Shown: positions 16,415 through 25,147 of the stretch, in pieces
Layout of the letters: every line of letters starts with the position of its first letter
How positions within the stretch are numbered: position 1 is the first letter of the stretch
Source: a virus
Lineage: Duplodnaviria > Caudoviricetes
DNA: 35,469 bases
Virus record (IMG/VR): IMGVR_UViG_3300032373_000064
Span: 1-35,469 of that record
Strand: one strand, 5' to 3'
The notes under the pieces: generated by a model
Told to the model about the DNA's origin: nothing
Databases searched by the model: none
What the model saw: the letters and a program-made list of their open reading frames with translations, nothing else
Program-made: the position numbers and the translations under genes

Positions 16415-17396
16415 CAAACAAACCTCGCCCTAACTGCGTTAATCCTTTTTGTGCGATATTACCTGCCAAGCCGCTAAGACCCGCCGCACCAGTTATCGAG
16501 CCTGCTATTGGCCCAAGTACCGCACCTGTGCCGAGTGTTTTTAATATTGGTGATATTTGACCGAGGAAGCCAGGGGTAGGGTCGTAAACTCCTACATTAC
16601 CCATCTGCTGCGCACCGTACAAGTCACTTGACTCTAGTAATTCTGCTAAAGCATCTCGGCTATACTCTTGCCCCAAATAAGGGTTAGTAAACTCATCGCC
16701 ACGGGAGCCTATTGCATCCATTATGGTGGCGACTTTTTGCATACCTTGTTCGCGATTCGTACCTTGCGAACCAAGAGCGATGGCCTGTTCTACGAGCGCC
16801 CTATCGCTAGCGGCCTTGCGCCCCGCATCACCTTGAATCATTTGCCCGAACGGTGTCATGTAGGTATTCGTTTCTTCGTTAAAGCCCGGCGCTCCGATTG
16901 CTTCTAGAGCGGTCTGCCCTGTGTCAATAGGGACAGGAGTGTTAGTTGGCAACTGCGGTGACGTAGGTGTGACCGCCGCAGGTGCTTGTGAAGCTGCGCC
17001 TACTTGGTCCATGTAACTTTGTAAGTCACTCAAGCCATAGCTTCCGAAGATAGGGTCAAATTCAGGGTCTACACCTGCAATAGCTGCGCGGCGCGTAGGG
17101 CGTCCGATAAACGGGGCATCTAATTGCTCAATTGCACGTGGTAAGTAATTCTCAAGGTAGAAGTCCTGTATGCGCTGGTCTTGTGCGCCTAACCCACCTG
17201 TAGGGCGAACATCGACATCAGGCTGCGATAAAGCACCTGTAACTGCCCCAACACCTGTTAAAAGATCAGAAGCATTGACACCATCAAGAAAACCACCAAC
17301 GCTAGGACGAGAAACCCCAGATTGGATAGGCCCAACCATTTCCTCACCAAAAAGAAAATCACCAACACCACCAGCTAAATCACTTAACCAACTCAT
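16407..17396 (-). CDS. Putative internal virion protein
   Basis: Gly-rich amphipathic termini; first gene of the ejection block. Confidence 0.55.
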   Translation of the reverse strand: MSWLSDLAGGVGDFLFGEEMVGPIQSGVSRPSVGGFLDGVNASDLLTGVGAVTGALSQPDVDVRPTGGLGAQDQRIQDFYLENYLPRAIEQLDAPFIGRPTRRAAIAGVDPEFDPIFGSYGLSDLQSYMDQVGAASQAPAAVTPTSPQLPTNTPVPIDTGQTALEAIGAPGFNEETNTYMTPFGQMIQGDAGRKAASDRALVEQAIALGSQGTNREQGMQKVATIMDAIGSRGDEFTNPYLGQEYSRDALAELLESSDLYGAQQMGNVGVYDPTPGFLGQISPILKTLGTGAVLGPIAGSITGAAGLSGLAGNIAQKGLTQLGRGLFDG

Positions 17397-17397
17397 T

Positions 17398-17688
17398 CTA
17401 CCACCCTACGCTTAATGTATCACGATGCCAGCGCAATCCAGTGCTCGGCACGTTTACTAATGTATAAATATATGATGCGTCTAAAACCACATCACCTTCA
17501 AAGTCTCCCGCGGCCACATCTGTGGCACTACTCGGAACGCTTCCGCGTGTTTCTGTACGGATACGCCCCTTTTTCTTGCCAGCGTCGATATTGCCGATTT
17601 CATCAATATCTTCTTGGCGTAGTCGAATGATATCATTAACGACATCAACAACATTACTTGCGTTTACATATGAAGGATAAGCTTTCAT
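17398..17688 (-). CDS. Small tail-associated protein
   Basis: Follows the nozzle gene with an ATGA overlap. Confidence 0.55.
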   Translation of the reverse strand: MKAYPSYVNASNVVDVVNDIIRLRQEDIDEIGNIDAGKKKGRIRTETRGSVPSSATDVAAGDFEGDVVLDASYIYTLVNVPSTGLRWHRDTLSVGW

Positions 17689-19472
17689 CGCATTCCCTGC
17701 CCTGTTATCTGTTCTTTCCAGTCACCAAGGGTAAACTCGGCACCGTCACTATTTTGCTCGAAGCGATATTTACGAACACGCCCACCAACACGAGTATTCA
17801 GATACTCGGTTGTAGTTGTCGCTGTGTAAGTTGCTTGACTTTCAGAAGTGCTTTGCGGGTATCGCTTGGTAATCATTTTTACAGTCAAGTCACCCTGCTG
17901 TACGGTATCCAGCATAACACGGTTTATTCTAAACTGTTGGTCGCCTTCGCCAATCATTCCAAAGCTCGTTTCCGCATATGGGGCAATCGTAAGAGAATCA
18001 TTCTCTTTTAAGAAATGCCTATACACACTTGCTGGCTGTGAAGTGCTGTCACCATATATACCATAGAACTTTGCGCCAACAAAGTTATTTCGACACATAG
18101 CCGTTCTAGCTTGAAGCCCTAACGTCCAATGGCCTTGCGTGAGATTCAAGATTGTATAATCACTTGGTTCGGAGCTGTCGCCCGTCGGAAAGTAAAACCA
18201 TACTTGATTGTATTTCGTATCTGTCACAGCAAAGGTTTTCCATTGCTGGCCGTTATTGATATTATCTAAAATCCAGTCTTCATTCTGCGGGTTGGCGATG
18301 CGCCGTACCGTTGAGCCGTTAAAGTTATACCAGCCGCGCTTACCCATCCAGAAGCAATCTTGCTCCATAACGGAAAAAGCGTTCGGGCCAATAAGACCAT
18401 CACTTTGGAACAAGTCATCGACGATGTAATATTCAGGCTCATTAACCCAACGTATATAGAGCGCCTCGTGTTCGGTGAAGATAATGGCGGCATTACCAAC
18501 CTTAGTCCCGCCCGTGATACGCTGCGTTCGCTCTATATCAACAGAAAACGCATTATTGCTGCTTGATGGTGTCCAAACAGTAGCGTCACCGACCTTAGAT
18601 ATATCAACCCGGTTTCCACATAAAGCAACAACCGCATTGTTGTAAACGAAAGTGTAACTGCAATCTGTTGGCGCGTTTGTAAGAACCGTTGGCGCGACAC
18701 TTGTATCTCCATCCCAAATATAAATCTTTTGCCCATCACCAGCCGTATAGTCGCCCGGGCACACAATCATGCTACTGCCGAAACTATCGAACGACCATAT
18801 GCGCGGATACTGTAATATGTTCCCTGTCGCTGTTTTTGCGACACCGTATAGACCGACGCCAAAACGCCCCATACCATAACCCGAACCGACAGATTGATCT
18901 AGGTTTCCTGCCGAGATAGGGTCTTTCATTACAGTTGACGCACCACCGCCACCTGAAACAGTGCTAAGGGCATCCGCGCCAGCGGTAAACGTGAACGAAT
19001 CCACATCAACCACATCAATAATATGTTCTTTATTTATTTCGCTTATATGTATCCCACCAACACCTGTGGCGCCCGATATGCCCACTCGGGCGCCATCACT
19101 TAATCCGTGCGCTGTACGGTTAACGGTAACTATAGGGCTACCGCTTACAGTATCTAGACTATTAGCAATGGCCGTTGCCGTGGTCTGCAAAGGGGTAATA
19201 TTATACCATGAGTCGTCTTTAATAACATATAGGCGCGAACTTGTGCCAAACAGATAATACACCGATGAATTATCGATATGCCCAAAGATAGTACGCGCAC
19301 CGCCTAAAACATCTGTTTCAGCAGGTGTCACATCGCTCCAAGGGTCAACAGTCCGTAAGCGACCATCAGGAAAATGAATACCATTAGTATCAGTAAACGC
19401 TAAGGAACTAGTCTCTGTCTCCTGCGGGTTCTTATCTGTACCCGGTCGATATGTTATAGGTGAATTTGGCAT
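17685..19472 (-). CDS. Tail nozzle / packaged-DNA stabilization protein (P22 gp10 / T7 gp12-like position)
   Basis: About 595 aa, beta-rich (CFWMG..GWYNFNG, VWFYFP), with an inserted TAHGLSDGARVGISG domain; start ATG 19472. Confidence 0.7.
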   Translation of the reverse strand: MPNSPITYRPGTDKNPQETETSSLAFTDTNGIHFPDGRLRTVDPWSDVTPAETDVLGGARTIFGHIDNSSVYYLFGTSSRLYVIKDDSWYNITPLQTTATAIANSLDTVSGSPIVTVNRTAHGLSDGARVGISGATGVGGIHISEINKEHIIDVVDVDSFTFTAGADALSTVSGGGGASTVMKDPISAGNLDQSVGSGYGMGRFGVGLYGVAKTATGNILQYPRIWSFDSFGSSMIVCPGDYTAGDGQKIYIWDGDTSVAPTVLTNAPTDCSYTFVYNNAVVALCGNRVDISKVGDATVWTPSSSNNAFSVDIERTQRITGGTKVGNAAIIFTEHEALYIRWVNEPEYYIVDDLFQSDGLIGPNAFSVMEQDCFWMGKRGWYNFNGSTVRRIANPQNEDWILDNINNGQQWKTFAVTDTKYNQVWFYFPTGDSSEPSDYTILNLTQGHWTLGLQARTAMCRNNFVGAKFYGIYGDSTSQPASVYRHFLKENDSLTIAPYAETSFGMIGEGDQQFRINRVMLDTVQQGDLTVKMITKRYPQSTSESQATYTATTTTEYLNTRVGGRVRKYRFEQNSDGAEFTLGDWKEQITGQGMR

Positions 19473-20401
19473 CAAGCACCTTCCCAAGCATAATAAATCC
19501 CGTTACCAGATGAGGCCGCGCCAGATAGCGTGACATCGCCACCGCTAACGCTAATTAGTCCGGTCGCCTCTGTGTCAGCGGTGTTCGCCTTAAGGTGATA
19601 CCAAGTTCCGCTGCGCTCATAGAACATGTACCAGTCGCCGATAGAGTCCTTGCGCTTAACCATGAACAAGGAGATGCTATCTAGGCCAGTATTAATAGTC
19701 GTAGTGCCACTATACGAACCAGAATCCGCTTCGCCAGATTTAGGTGCAAAGAGATAGGCAATGTAAGGAGCACCACTGGAGTTGACGCCGCCATCCGTAC
19801 CGATAGAAAATACTGAATCTGTAGGGTCTGTGCTGTTCCATGAAGTGGTACGTAAGTTCTCACCCCCATTACCGTCAAGTAGAATCCTGTACGCTGCGCT
19901 CGTCAAATTATCATGATAGACACTCCAACTTGTCGCCAAGTTAACTCGTCTAACAAACATCATGGTAGGCACGGCGTTTAGGCTATGGGCAATTGTTCTA
20001 TTCGCGCCATTCCCTGTATACTCAACAACATCAACAAAACCTTCATTAATTAACCATGAAAACGACGAGTAGATATTCCCGCTCCGATTATAAAGACCAT
20101 TGCCGCTGTTCCATGTATAGCCGTCACTCTCAAACGTTATGGCGCCTGTATCGCCGCCCTCTGCAGCGGTTGTGTTCGGCGTGAAAAACACATCCTCACC
20201 CCGTACAGTATCAACTAAATGATGGTTAGTGCCAGCGTCGGTACGCTTAACCCATACCACACCGCCGCTTCCAGATATATCCTGAGACGTCTCCACCTTC
20301 AGTGTCCCACCGTTACCCGTGTAGCCCACGAACGAGAAGAGCTTGGAGACTAAAGCCCCTGCGCCACCAATAATCCCTAAACGTGTTCCGCCGTAGCTCA
20401 T
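19472..20401 (-). CDS. Tail fibre / receptor-binding-like protein with YTGNG repeats (DUF7483-like)
   Basis: Repeated YTGNG...W/FVKR units, HLVDTVRG, YIAYLFA. Confidence 0.7.
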   Translation of the reverse strand: MSYGGTRLGIIGGAGALVSKLFSFVGYTGNGGTLKVETSQDISGSGGVVWVKRTDAGTNHHLVDTVRGEDVFFTPNTTAAEGGDTGAITFESDGYTWNSGNGLYNRSGNIYSSFSWLINEGFVDVVEYTGNGANRTIAHSLNAVPTMMFVRRVNLATSWSVYHDNLTSAAYRILLDGNGGENLRTTSWNSTDPTDSVFSIGTDGGVNSSGAPYIAYLFAPKSGEADSGSYSGTTTINTGLDSISLFMVKRKDSIGDWYMFYERSGTWYHLKANTADTEATGLISVSGGDVTLSGAASSGNGIYYAWEGA

Positions 20402-20914
20402 CTACTGCATATCCAAATTGATGAATGCGTCAATCGTGGTACCTGCGTCTCGTGTTTCCAGACGAAGCTTGTCCCGCGCACTGGCCGCTGTTGAGAGTGT
20501 GATTCCCGCGCCACCGGAAGTTTTATAAGCGCTTGAAAGCGTAATAGTGTGCCCGCCAGTGCCATCTTGAATAAGCTCTAAGGTCAACCAAGCGCCTTTA
20601 CCGCTTAGTGGAAGATTGCTTACCGTGAGGCTTGTAATATCACCTGTAACGGTCGCATATTGCGAATGGCCATCCTCATAGTCAATTGTGACTGCGCCAG
20701 AGACGTTACCTACCGAGTAGGCCGTCTCACTTGTGTCAATCATCTCGGCGTCAATTAAATCGTAACCACCGAAATCATAATTAGCTGTACGTACAGCTAG
20801 AATTCCATCTGCACTATCCCAGTTAGAATTGAGATAACCGCCCCATGCATCGGCATCGGCTGGGTCGTTAACAAGCGGCTTCTGAAAGCTAAAGTTTGTC
20901 GTGTTAGTTGGCAT
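20402..20914 (-). CDS. Tail protein / fibre anchor
   Basis: TTNFSFQKP...WGGYLNSNWD N-terminus and LIQDGTGGHT motif common in phage tail proteins. Confidence 0.65.
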   Translation of the reverse strand: MPTNTTNFSFQKPLVNDPADADAWGGYLNSNWDSADGILAVRTANYDFGGYDLIDAEMIDTSETAYSVGNVSGAVTIDYEDGHSQYATVTGDITSLTVSNLPLSGKGAWLTLELIQDGTGGHTITLSSAYKTSGGAGITLSTAASARDKLRLETRDAGTTIDAFINLDMQ

Positions 20915-21528
20915 TAGAAATCACCCCCAATGGCGAACTGTGTATTCTGTTGTGTTAATAAATCGAGATACGTTTTTGCGCGCAACCAATCGCGATCTGC
21001 AGATTGATACTCTAGCGCCTCATCTTTAAAGATAGCCATGGCGAGTGTGCGGATAGCGTCATAGCCGTCATCAAACCATACGCTCGTATCGCTATCGCCC
21101 TGTGGAAGCGTCGCGTCTTTTTGATAATATACTAACTGGATAGTGTAGTCAGCGTTAGCAGATGCGTCTGTATAGATGTTTTTCCCGTAATATGCGTAAT
21201 ATTGCGGAACACCTGAGGTTGTCTGCGCTTTATACTTCTCTTGTAAGTATTTGAATTCTTGTTTTATGAACCCTGCTGTTTCGCCTCTGTAAATATCATT
21301 AACCAGAATGCGCGCCTGCATAGGGGAGGCAAAGTCGGAAGGTAAGGCTACGTTGTCGCTATCAGTAAGGAGCGTCACTGTACCTATCTTTTGTAGGAAC
21401 CAGAAAGGTTGGTTCCGATACTGCGATAAGGCAGAGCGGATAGAATCATCTATTGCATCGTCATAAATCGTATCCTGAATAGCTAAAGCATTCTTGATTC
21501 GACTTCTCATTGTGACAAGGTTAGACAT
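20914..21528 (-). CDS. Head-tail adaptor protein
   Basis: LPSDF, GVPQYYA and YTIQLVYY motifs; position after the capsid genes. Confidence 0.7.
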   Translation of the reverse strand: MSNLVTMRSRIKNALAIQDTIYDDAIDDSIRSALSQYRNQPFWFLQKIGTVTLLTDSDNVALPSDFASPMQARILVNDIYRGETAGFIKQEFKYLQEKYKAQTTSGVPQYYAYYGKNIYTDASANADYTIQLVYYQKDATLPQGDSDTSVWFDDGYDAIRTLAMAIFKDEALEYQSADRDWLRAKTYLDLLTQQNTQFAIGGDF

Positions 21529-21551
21529 TCTATCCGCTCCTACCTAGCGCT

Positions 21552-21950
21552 TTACTGTGTAAGGTCTCCACAGCCATATGTTACCGTTACAAAGACTTCA
21601 GCGCCTGAATTAATGGTGCCAGATGTCTCGAAAACAACTTGTGTATCAGTTGTTACCGTTCCAACCAGATCACCATTACCCGTGGCCATACCGCCGGGAA
21701 CTGTAACCGCAGCAGATTCGATAATTCCGTTGTCGTCGCTAGACGTACCAAGAATACCGTTACCTGCTACTGTGCCTGTAAAGTTAACCGAACCGTCAAT
21801 GATGGTTACACCATTAACGTTTGGTAGTGCTTCATCAAATTCAATAGCAGTACCACCTGCCACAGAAGATGCTGCCGTGAACTTTCCAACGAAAGTCTGA
21901 ACGTCACCTTCTTTGAATTTTGCACTTACTAAATTAGTACCTGTTGCCAT
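21552..21950 (-). CDS. Capsid decoration / minor capsid protein
   Basis: Small beta-rich G/T/V/A protein right after the MCP, with a strong AGGAGG SD. Confidence 0.6.
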   Translation of the reverse strand: MATGTNLVSAKFKEGDVQTFVGKFTAASSVAGGTAIEFDEALPNVNGVTIIDGSVNFTGTVAGNGILGTSSDDNGIIESAAVTVPGGMATGNGDLVGTVTTDTQVVFETSGTINSGAEVFVTVTYGCGDLTQ

Positions 21951-21962
21951 TTTAGCCTCCTA

Positions 21963-23096
21963 TTATGCTACGTAATGAGTGTAAACCATTGCTGACTGGT
22001 CATAGCTATCAACAACTGTTTTCTTGATACCAAAGATACCTGTCGCAACAGTCTGTACAGTTTCTTCAATCTTATCGTCATCAGAGATAATTTTGAAGCC
22101 TGGCACAGTCTCACCAGAAGCGTCATAACCTTTACCGAATACCAAGCAACCTGCTTCAGCACCTACAAAGAGAGCGCGCTTTGTATTAGCTTGCGTCGCA
22201 GAAGCAGTCACACCCGCTGGGATGTAATGATCTGGAACAGCAACAATACGAGTGTAGCTATAATCGAAGTAATCGCCAATCATCGCAGCTGCATCACTGC
22301 CACCAGCCTCTTTATTGAGGATGATTTGTGGGAACGTGATGTTGCCGTTTGCTTGAGCTTGCTGCTTAAGCTGCTTGAAGCCTGTCATAGGAACATAAAA
22401 TTTGAACTTATAACCTTGGCCGATAAGTGGCTTAAAGTTGTTCACACCTGAACGCTGTGTGAATGCTTCTGTTTCCAGATCATCAACAGCTTGAAGTGTA
22501 AGTGTCGCAGTAGAATCCGCCGCAACATCTGCATCAGATGTATTACCAGTACCTGCATAGAATACACGGTGTGTTGTTGGGGCAGACGCTGCATTCAAAC
22601 CTGTGATTGCTACGAGTGAGCTACCTGTGTAAGTAGTACCATCGAAAGCCAGGCTAGTTGCAGTGTTACCACCAAGCTGGTTGAACATACCGACAATCAT
22701 ACGCTGTGCGAACCAGTCAGAGACTGACGGGTAAAGCGTTTCTTGTAGGTCAAAAGCAGTACGCTGTTGTGAGATAGTTCCCTCAACTTTAGCGTCAACT
22801 GGGTCAGATGAAAGCTTGTCGAGAACAACATCATCATAAGCATATTCAACTTGCTTAGTATTTGGACGCTTTGGAGCATCACCGATAATACCAGTACCAG
22901 TTAAACGCTTAGAGAATGTCATACGTACACGGTCGCCCGCGCTACGAACTAAGTCATCTTTACGTGCCAGAATACCATCAGAAATGGCGTCTGCGATTAA
23001 TGGAACACCCATAATGGTGTCCATGTAGAGTTTTTCGGACCAGAGCTTTGCTGTATAATTGCTGCTGGTACCGGGAGTGCGAACGATATCGCCCAT
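21963..23096 (-). CDS. Major capsid protein (N4 gp56 / DUF4043-like)
   Basis: AKLWSEKL, DL.RSAGDRV, ISQQRTAFDL, RALFVGAEAG, IFGIKKT; start ATG 23096 with GAGAGG SD. Confidence 0.85.
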   Translation of the reverse strand: MGDIVRTPGTSSNYTAKLWSEKLYMDTIMGVPLIADAISDGILARKDDLVRSAGDRVRMTFSKRLTGTGIIGDAPKRPNTKQVEYAYDDVVLDKLSSDPVDAKVEGTISQQRTAFDLQETLYPSVSDWFAQRMIVGMFNQLGGNTATSLAFDGTTYTGSSLVAITGLNAASAPTTHRVFYAGTGNTSDADVAADSTATLTLQAVDDLETEAFTQRSGVNNFKPLIGQGYKFKFYVPMTGFKQLKQQAQANGNITFPQIILNKEAGGSDAAAMIGDYFDYSYTRIVAVPDHYIPAGVTASATQANTKRALFVGAEAGCLVFGKGYDASGETVPGFKIISDDDKIEETVQTVATGIFGIKKTVVDSYDQSAMVYTHYVA

Positions 23097-23130
23097 AATG
23101 TACCTCTCAAGGTTAAATTTAAAATTATAA

Positions 23131-23279
23131 AACCCGCTACGATGAGAATGTGAATGCAATCTATGTCGAAGATTAACCGTAACGCCTTTTAGAGAGTGGG
23201 CTAACACCAGCAAGCAATTGGTTCATATCGAGAGACCACCCGTAAGCTTATATCGAAAGCAACCCGCAACTCGTAACTT
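23131..23279 (-). promoter_or_regulatory. Structured 5' leader of the MCP gene with three box-plus-hairpin repeats
   Basis: Sense-strand units: UUGCGGGUU-GCUU[UCGAUAU]AAGC, UUACGGGU-GGUCUC[UCGAUAU]GAACC, UUACGGUU-AAUCU[UCGACAU]AGAUU. Confidence 0.7.
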
Positions 23280-23286
23280 AGTTAAC

Positions 23287-23315
23287 ACATTACAGGAAAA
23301 GAAACCCCTCTGCAA
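23287..23315 (-). promoter_or_regulatory. Putative promoter of the capsid-tail-lysis operon
   Basis: TTGCAG (23315-23310), 17 bp, TAATGT (23292-23287). Confidence 0.55.
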
Positions 23316-23328
23316 GTGCAAAGGGGTT
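23297..23328 (-). terminator. Intrinsic terminator downstream of the scaffold gene
   Basis: AACCCCTTTGCA-CT-TGCAGAGGGGTT followed by TCTTTT. Confidence 0.75.
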
Positions 23329-23415
23329 AATCTTTCGAGAGGGCTGTAAAGCTCTTATCCAAAACAGCCTACCTAATCCATAACATCCGAAACTAAAGGA
23401 TGTTGTAATAATAAA

Positions 23416-24348
23416 TTACTTCTGAACTTTAGCAAGTAATTTTTTGAACTCGGCCATAGGGACTTGTTGACCGGGCTCCTGCATTTTCTTAAGTAGGTCG
23501 AGCGTGCTAGCGTTGCTCAAGTCATCTACTGCACCTGACTTCACTACCTTCTTTTCAGTAATGGTTTTATTCTTCGCAATAGCTTTAGGGTTCATTCCTT
23601 TCCCCTTATACTTTACAGCCTTGGCACCACTAAAACCTGTCGACTTGGCGAGGTTGTAGATAGTATCGCCGATGTTTGCACCACGCTGGAACGCGTTGAA
23701 CGCCGTGGCCTGTATGAACTTGAACGCATGGGCCTGCGCTTGTTCGGCTGGAATACCATGCAATGCGGCGAGCTCATTAGCCTTCTGCTTTGTAAGGTGC
23801 AGGTACGCATCGCCGAAATCGGTGTATTTAGATGCCGCTTCCGCTTCCGCTGATTGTAAGGCGTTCTGGAAAGCAACTTGCGTTTGAAATTGTTGTTGCT
23901 GTTTCTTAAGGTCTTCTACCTCTTTCGCCTGCTTAGGGTCTAAAGGTTCGTAGTCTTCATCCTCTGTAGAGTCACTTTGTTGCTGTTGCGCTGCTTGCTC
24001 AAGAAACTGGTGAATCTGCATTAACTCTGATTCGACACGCTGGCGCTGCTCTTGCTCATACTTCACCTGCTGGCGAAGATGCTTCATAGACTTTTCCTTT
24101 TCGGGGTCTATTTCCTCTTGCTCTTCTTCGGTTTCTTCAGCGTCGTCTGCCTCAAGTTCTTCTTCCGTTTCTTCCTCATCAACAATAGAATCAACGGCAT
24201 CTTCTGCATCGGCTTCGATCTCCTGTTCTAGTTCAGTAGGCTCTTCGATGTTATCGGCCTCTGTCTCCATCTGGCTAGCAAGTTCGGCAATGCCGCCCGG
24301 CTCCATCAGTTTTTGCTGATAATCACTATCTGCTAAATTCATTTCCAT
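23416..24348 (-). CDS. Scaffolding protein
   Basis: Very acidic N-terminus, coiled coil and basic C-terminus; directly upstream of the MCP. Confidence 0.8.
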   Translation of the reverse strand: MEMNLADSDYQQKLMEPGGIAELASQMETEADNIEEPTELEQEIEADAEDAVDSIVDEEETEEELEADDAEETEEEQEEIDPEKEKSMKHLRQQVKYEQEQRQRVESELMQIHQFLEQAAQQQQSDSTEDEDYEPLDPKQAKEVEDLKKQQQQFQTQVAFQNALQSAEAEAASKYTDFGDAYLHLTKQKANELAALHGIPAEQAQAHAFKFIQATAFNAFQRGANIGDTIYNLAKSTGFSGAKAVKYKGKGMNPKAIAKNKTITEKKVVKSGAVDDLSNASTLDLLKKMQEPGQQVPMAEFKKLLAKVQK

Positions 24349-24369
24349 GGCTGCGGTCTCCTAAGTTGG

Positions 24370-24609
24370 TTAGTCGTTAAAGAAAAAATCTGATAAAAGT
24401 ATTAATGCTTTTTTACGCCTCAGCTTCTTAATAAGCTTCGTGCGCTCTTGTTCATCGTTGATGGCGTGAATGCGCTTTGCCCACTCATCAATCCATATGG
24501 TGTTTTGGTCTCGTAATGGCCCTGTAGTGATACGGCCAATCGTACCGCTTGGCGTCGGCTCAACATCAAATATAGACGCATCAAATATTGCACCATCAAA
24601 AATAGCCAT
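24370..24609 (-). CDS. Small protein with N-terminal (A/S)IFD repeats
   Basis: MAIFDGAIFDASIFDV...; abuts the upstream stop. Confidence 0.65.
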   Translation of the reverse strand: MAIFDGAIFDASIFDVEPTPSGTIGRITTGPLRDQNTIWIDEWAKRIHAINDEQERTKLIKKLRRKKALILLSDFFFND

Positions 24610-24852
24610 TTACTTAATCCAGTCATACCAGTAGAGCCAGCCGAACATGCGGCAAAAGATGTACACTATTACAGCCAACCAAGGGCAGCCTCGTTGCATA
24701 ATACCAGAGGCCAAGCCACAATCCGCTTGATGTTGCGTTCCTTTGCGCCATACATACAGCTCGTCATGCTGCTCACACAAATCACCAAATCGGCCTTCAA
24801 ACCAATCGCGAAAACCGAATATAGCTGGAACTGTGCAATAGCGCTTAGGCAT
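24610..24852 (-). CDS. Small phospholipase A2-like protein (CxxHDxxY)
   Basis: CEQHDELY...QADCGL...IVYIFCRMFG matches the prokaryotic PLA2/DUF1353-like pattern. Confidence 0.55.
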   Translation of the reverse strand: MPKRYCTVPAIFGFRDWFEGRFGDLCEQHDELYVWRKGTQHQADCGLASGIMQRGCPWLAVIVYIFCRMFGWLYWYDWIK

Positions 24853-25147
24853 CTTTCATCTCACTGCTAATGGCAATGGCATCAAGAGCGCCAGTGGCAC
24901 CCACCTTAGCTGCTTGTGCCGCCATTATTTGCGCCTGCTTCGTGTTCCATGCAATTACGTTGTTCCGCATGAAGTTGCTAATAATACGCGTGCAAAATGT
25001 TAGCTTTGATTCAGGATTATCTATTTCGTTCTTGTTCTCATCTAAGACCTTATCCTTATACCCGTTATTATACGCCATGCCGTCAAGGCCTGCGGTCAGA
25101 TAGGCATCGTCACCTTGAAGAGTAATAACTAATTTTTTATCAGACAT
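24845..25147 (-). CDS. Hypothetical protein (possible fibre-associated chaperone)
   Basis: Follows the tail fibre with overlap; contains NPESK. Confidence 0.55.
   Translation of the reverse strand: MSDKKLVITLQGDDAYLTAGLDGMAYNNGYKDKVLDENKNEIDNPESKLTFCTRIISNFMRNNVIAWNTKQAQIMAAQAAKVGATGALDAIAISSEMKDA

Noticed and set aside
23097-23213. N-terminal extension of the MCP shown in the ORF track
   Set aside because: The GAGAGG SD precedes ATG 23096, and the extension runs through the structured leader.
23158-23270. Repeats upstream of the MCP as a mini CRISPR array
   Set aside because: The units differ in stem sequence, two are adjacent with no spacer, and there are no cas genes. Kept as a structured leader instead.
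23338-23405. CTGTAAA (tRNA-Tyr-like anticodon loop) and CGAAAC (hammerhead-like)
   Set aside because: No D arm, T arm or acceptor stem, and no CUGANGA core.
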